Of a stretch of DNA of 64,000 nt, positions 61,899 to 64,000 are shown in pieces. The position numbers and the translations under genes are program-made. Source of the stretch: Cyanidioschyzon merolae (taxonomy: Eukaryota); the NCBI GenBank assembly GCA_000091205.1, contig AP006498.2; one strand, given 5' to 3'. Numbering within the stretch: the first letter of the stretch is position 1; every line of letters begins with the position of its first letter. The notes under the pieces were generated by a model. That model ran no database searches. It saw only the letters and a list, made by a program, of their open reading frames with translations, and had not been told where the DNA came from.

Positions 61899-63020
61899 AT
61901 GGACCAGGCACTCGTTGCCGAGCACTATAACCGTAGAAAAGATGAGGGAAAAGAAGGACGAAAGTCTTCTCGAATCATACGCCTGCGAAATCTGAACAAC
62001 TGGATCAAGGCGGTTCTGATTGGACTGCACTCGAGACCCGGTTGCGTCGTGCTTGACCTCGCTTGTGGAAAAGGCGGCGACCTGCTCAAGTTCGCTCGAG
62101 CTCAGGTTTCACACTGGGTTGGTGTAGATCATGCTCGCGTGTCTCTAGAGCACGCTGTACAGCGCTACAACGACTTGGGTCCGAAGCAGCGCTCGTTTCC
62201 TGCACACTTCTTGTGCGGCGATGTGTTCGGCGTTGATCTCGAAGCAAATCTGGACCTCGAGTGGCCTGCGTTCGACCTCGTTAGCTGTCAGTTTGCGGTG
62301 CACTACGCTTTCGAAAGTGAACAGCGAGTTCGGCAGATGCTGCACAACGTTACCTGTCGACTGAAACCGGGTGGGTTTTTCATTGGAACGACGCCGGACG
62401 CTAATGTGTTGGTGAGCAAGCTGCGCGCAGCAAGTGGCTTGTCTTTCGGAAACAGTATTTACCGGATCTCGTTTGAAAATTCGAGTCAGAGTATCGACGC
62501 AGATGGAACGTCGGCGGATCTAGGGAACTTGGAGCACGATCCAGCGCCGACTCTGGAAACTGCAACCAGTGCGGCGAAGCGTTTCCCGCCGAGCCGGCCG
62601 TTCGGTATCCGGTATCATTTCACTTTGGACGAAAATGTCGAAGACTGTCCAGAATACCTGGTGCATTTTCCAACCTTTGAGCGAATCGCCGCGGAATATG
62701 ACCTGGAGCTGTTGCTCCGAATGAACTTTCATGCGTTTGTGAACGCCTTTGCACTTCAGGCGGACGCACCAGCTCGATTCCGCGACCTTTTTCAACGAAT
62801 GCAGGTTCTTGATCCCGAGTCGGGCACGATTTCGCCTGAAGAGTGGGATGCAGCGTACCTGTATCTCGTGTTCGCGTTTCGGAAACGCGGCCAGGGACCG
62901 TCCGCTGCAACCGAGAGGCATGCACCCGTCCAGACGGAGCAGGCTGCGCCTCTGGATCCGCAGCTATCGATTCGAGACCTCAGCGCCCCGTCAAAGCCTG
63001 GGAATAGCGGGGACACGTAG
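61899..63020 (+). CDS. mRNA cap guanine-N7 methyltransferase (ABD1/RNMT family)
   Basis: 'VAEHYNRR...RIIRLRNLNNWIKAVLI' (cap-MTase N-terminal block), SAM motif I 'VLDLACGKGGDLLKF', 'VGVDHARVSLEHAVQRY', 'FDLVSCQFAVHYAFESE', and 'LKPGGFFIGTTPDANVLV' are the canonical conserved blocks of this family. It starts at an ATG. Confidence 0.85.
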   Translation: MDQALVAEHYNRRKDEGKEGRKSSRIIRLRNLNNWIKAVLIGLHSRPGCVVLDLACGKGGDLLKFARAQVSHWVGVDHARVSLEHAVQRYNDLGPKQRSFPAHFLCGDVFGVDLEANLDLEWPAFDLVSCQFAVHYAFESEQRVRQMLHNVTCRLKPGGFFIGTTPDANVLVSKLRAASGLSFGNSIYRISFENSSQSIDADGTSADLGNLEHDPAPTLETATSAAKRFPPSRPFGIRYHFTLDENVEDCPEYLVHFPTFERIAAEYDLELLLRMNFHAFVNAFALQADAPARFRDLFQRMQVLDPESGTISPEEWDAAYLYLVFAFRKRGQGPSAATERHAPVQTEQAAPLDPQLSIRDLSAPSKPGNSGDT

Positions 63021-64000
63021 TGCATCGACAATGGATGCCTCTGCTGGAGTTTTTTGTGGTGTTTTGGATGCTCCATGCCCTCTGCAGCTTTTGTTTCGCC
63101 TGCACGAGACGGATGCATCGGACTAGAATATCCGGCGGATCCGCGATTCCGGACACCATGTCCTCCGCAGTACTGGATGTTGTTGGGTGGGTAACGCACG
63201 CTCCGCCGGATGACCCCCAATAACGGTGCATATCTGCGTACTCGGGGGCGAAACGATGGCGACCGCACTTTCGTCCGGACAACGACGTTGATCAACAACG
63301 GCATGGGGAGCGCTTTGTACCCGAAGACGGACATCACGATAAATGCTTCTCACTGGTTTGAGCATCGGCTTCGCTATGCTGATGCTGGATAGCGGATAGG
63401 ATTTGCAGCGGGCATCATGGGCTACGACGGAGCTGTTTTATCGAACGGGATGCGTCTCTCCATCGTGCGAAAGCGATGGACTCGTTTCCACAGACAAACG
63501 ATTGCAACAGCACCGAAGTCGCTCTCGGGAGTGCACTGCTCATGAACCGGGCTCGTGTGCAATCTTCGGTGCTGAGATTACACCGGCAATGCCGTGGCAG
63601 CCCCGGCGGGCACCAACACGGAAACAAAAGCGTGCAGTCTGGGGGGATCCTTCGTCTCAACTCCGTTGTGTCGAGGCTTACGGTACAACACGCGAGCTAT
63701 GCGAGCTGAGCAAAAGCGTCGAGGGCGCTTCTGCTGTGCTACCTACTACGCATTCGTCATCAAGGAACGTCGGTGCCTGTCTTGGCATCCGAGTGGCGCG
63801 ATGACCTGGAATTCGGGCTATACTGCGGCAATGACGCTTGGTATCCGTTCTAGACCAAACATGGCACGTTTCGCCGGGGTCAAAGCGTGCGCGATACCTC
63901 TTCCCCTGGCTCATGGCCTCTGCGAGGACGCTGGCTAGCTTCGGTGCCTGCCGCTTCCCAGCGCTGAACGGCGCACATGTAGGTTTTGTCCTATCAGGGA

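Noticed and set aside
1-64000. Prokaryotic interpretation, suggested by the ORF track's use of TTG/GTG starts, LpxD, PdxS, HemE and SerB
   Set aside because: The content is typically eukaryotic: XPD, PP5 with TPR, mRNA cap methyltransferase, mitochondrial carriers, Myb repeats, PsaO with a transit peptide. The starts were re-anchored to the first in-frame ATG. The bacterial-type enzymes all have eukaryotic (organellar) counterparts.

Overview
This 64 kb window is GC-rich (roughly 57-60%), compact nuclear DNA from a eukaryote with few introns. It carries about 25 protein-coding genes, mostly as single uninterrupted ORFs on both strands, separated by a few hundred bp to a few kb. The six-frame ORF track clearly used TTG and GTG as start codons, so I moved several starts to the first in-frame ATG.

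Genes I can recognise:
- SAM-type mitochondrial carrier
- XPD/RAD3 helicase
- polyprenol reductase
- a C-terminal-only LpxD-like acyltransferase
- PhyH-like dioxygenase
- Myb-repeat protein
- PDX1
- Aa_trans-type transporter
- PP5 phosphatase
- GT2-like Golgi glycosyltransferase
- GH35 beta-galactosidase
- redoxin with a transit peptide
- uroporphyrinogen decarboxylase with a transit peptide
- mitochondrial phosphate carrier
- SerB-like HAD protein with degenerate catalytic motifs
- a small PsaO-like photosystem I protein
- GMC oxidoreductase
- NAK-like protein kinase
- mRNA cap N7-methyltransferase

The PsaO-like protein and the Ala/Arg/Ser-rich N-terminal extensions suggest a photosynthetic host with a primary-type plastid, for example a picoalga or unicellular red alga. 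I cannot name the species from sequence alone.

Non-genic content:
- a nine-copy 120 bp satellite at 2646-3736
- several short tandem repeats
- a (GT)n microsatellite
- two low-GC, gene-poor islands

The most interesting signal is a decayed family of TnpB/Fanzor-like (OMEGA-type RNA-guided nuclease) elements. The most complete copy, about 2.2 kb at 39160-41381 on the minus strand, is broken over at least five frames and keeps RuvC-I, zinc-finger and RuvC-III motifs. Three further fragments lie at 8965-9657, about 19600-19800 and 54636-54990.

No rRNA, tRNA or CRISPR array could be supported.
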